DNA of 64,000 nucleotides from an uncultured Nitrospiraceae bacterium (lineage in GTDB: Bacteria > Nitrospirota > Nitrospiria > Nitrospirales > Nitrospiraceae): the NCBI GenBank assembly GCA_963846575.1, contig CAWJWJ010000002.1, forward strand, positions 32,001-96,000. The letters are read 5' to 3'. The notes below the pieces were generated by a model that saw nothing but the letters and a program-made list of their open reading frames with translations, ran no database searches and was not told where the DNA came from. This document shows, piece by piece, positions 63,203 through 64,000 of the stretch. A program made the translations under genes and the position numbers. How positions within the stretch are numbered: the first letter of the stretch is position 1; the number at the start of each line of letters is the position of its first letter.

Positions 63203-64000
63203 CAACTTTCGGATCATTTGACAACTGGGGGACGAGCGCACTAATCGGAGGAGCAGTAGCTCTCGGGCTTGGCCTAGGCCTACTCACCCTATTAGCTCGA
63301 CGGTATATTGCCTTCCGCCTGTTTATGAGTGGGGACCCGGGAGATGACCGTCCGATTGGTGAGTTGCCTGACATTCAAAGAATGGTGACGGTCTGTACAG
63401 GGATATTACACGATTACGGGTTTTCGCTGGAAAGCCACCACATGGTGCTGGATTTTGGATGCGGTACCGGACGACATACCTATGAATTCCGTGACCAGGG
63501 GTTTTGCGCATTCGGCTTTGACATGAAGAATTATGTCAAACTGAGGGCTGAAGGCGACATTCGCTTCTTCATGTTTCCGGAGTCGGGTGACCCCCCGGTG
63601 ATTCCCAGCCCCGACAACAGATTTGACTTTCTCTTTTCCATGTCCGTGCTGGAGCATACATTGGATTATGACTCCGCGTTCCGAGAGATGCGCCGAGTGC
63701 TGAAACCGGGGGGCGTCGGCCTGCATGTGTTCCCCTCCCGTCTGCGCCCCATCGAGCCGCACATGTATGTGCCGTTCGGAGGTTGTTTCCAAAGTTACCC
63801 GTACTTTCTTTTCTGGGCTGCAATGGGGGTGCGAAGCGAAATCCAGGCGGGCAGATCCTGGAAGGAAGTGGCGAGGATGAACCTGGACTATGCTCGGCGG
63901 CGGGTCAATTACCTCAGCAAACGGCAGATTCTTCAGTTCGCTCATCGCCATTTCAGATCTGCGATGTTCGGGGAGGGAAGTTTTATCAAGCATACAAGGC
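63199..64000 (+). CDS. Membrane-anchored class I SAM methyltransferase; runs off the window and is absent from the ORF track
   Basis: ATGA overlap with the previous stop. Manual translation gives TM ALIGGAVALGLGLGLLTLLA, VLDFGCGTG, FDFLFSMSVLEH and RVLKPGG. Confidence 0.85.
   Translation, partial: MTTFGSFDNWGTSALIGGAVALGLGLGLLTLLARRYIAFRLFMSGDPGDDRPIGELPDIQRMVTVCTGILHDYGFSLESHHMVLDFGCGTGRHTYEFRDQGFCAFGFDMKNYVKLRAEGDIRFFMFPESGDPPVIPSPDNRFDFLFSMSVLEHTLDYDSAFREMRRVLKPGGVGLHVFPSRLRPIEPHMYVPFGGCFQSYPYFLFWAAMGVRSEIQAGRSWKEVARMNLDYARRRVNYLSKRQILQFAHRHFRSAMFGEGSFIKHTR

Noticed and set aside
63406..63993. 195-aa minus-strand ORF in the track
   Set aside because: It is the shadow of the plus-strand methyltransferase starting at 63199, which has clear motifs.

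Overview
Mostly core chromosome of a Gram-negative chemolithoautotroph. Gene content and order strongly suggest Nitrospira (inference; no search run). 1-20.2 kb is a reductive-TCA supercluster: a five-subunit 2-oxoacid:ferredoxin oxidoreductase (For type), ATP-citrate lyase aclBA, aconitase, monomeric IDH, an anchor-less fumarate reductase and sucCD. It is interrupted at 3.9-7.7 kb by six non-metabolic genes (Rsm22-like methyltransferase, double Zn-ribbon protein, CX5R phosphatase, MutM, two small proteins). 20.5-38 kb holds a B12/radical-SAM enzyme, ahcY-metK, system II cytochrome c maturation, a geranylgeranyl-reductase-family protein, bamD, fabH, DUF47-pit and phoBR. 38-54.6 kb is an isoprenoid/hopanoid block (ispH, smc, shc, hpnG-like, mlaEFDC, POTRA-less Omp85 barrel, DUF3187-like, dxs, ispG). 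tRNA-Cys at 54685-54760 is followed by an integrase scar and an accessory region: small proteins, a small OM barrel, a triple-frameshifted tandem two-domain OM protein, an asnB-type amidotransferase and two methyltransferases. Best leads: (1) a candidate hopanoid trafficking system (Mla/MCE plus Omp85-like barrel, no MlaA/MlaB/HpnN in the window); (2) the possible redox/regulatory module in the rTCA cluster, with two long homopolymer tracts; (3) the hidden ~741-aa double-domain OM gene; (4) a shared [RK]-[DE]-[IL]-P-[VML]-[LV] motif on two Fe-S enzyme tails and a tiny protein. No CRISPR array, rRNA or intact mobile element was seen.
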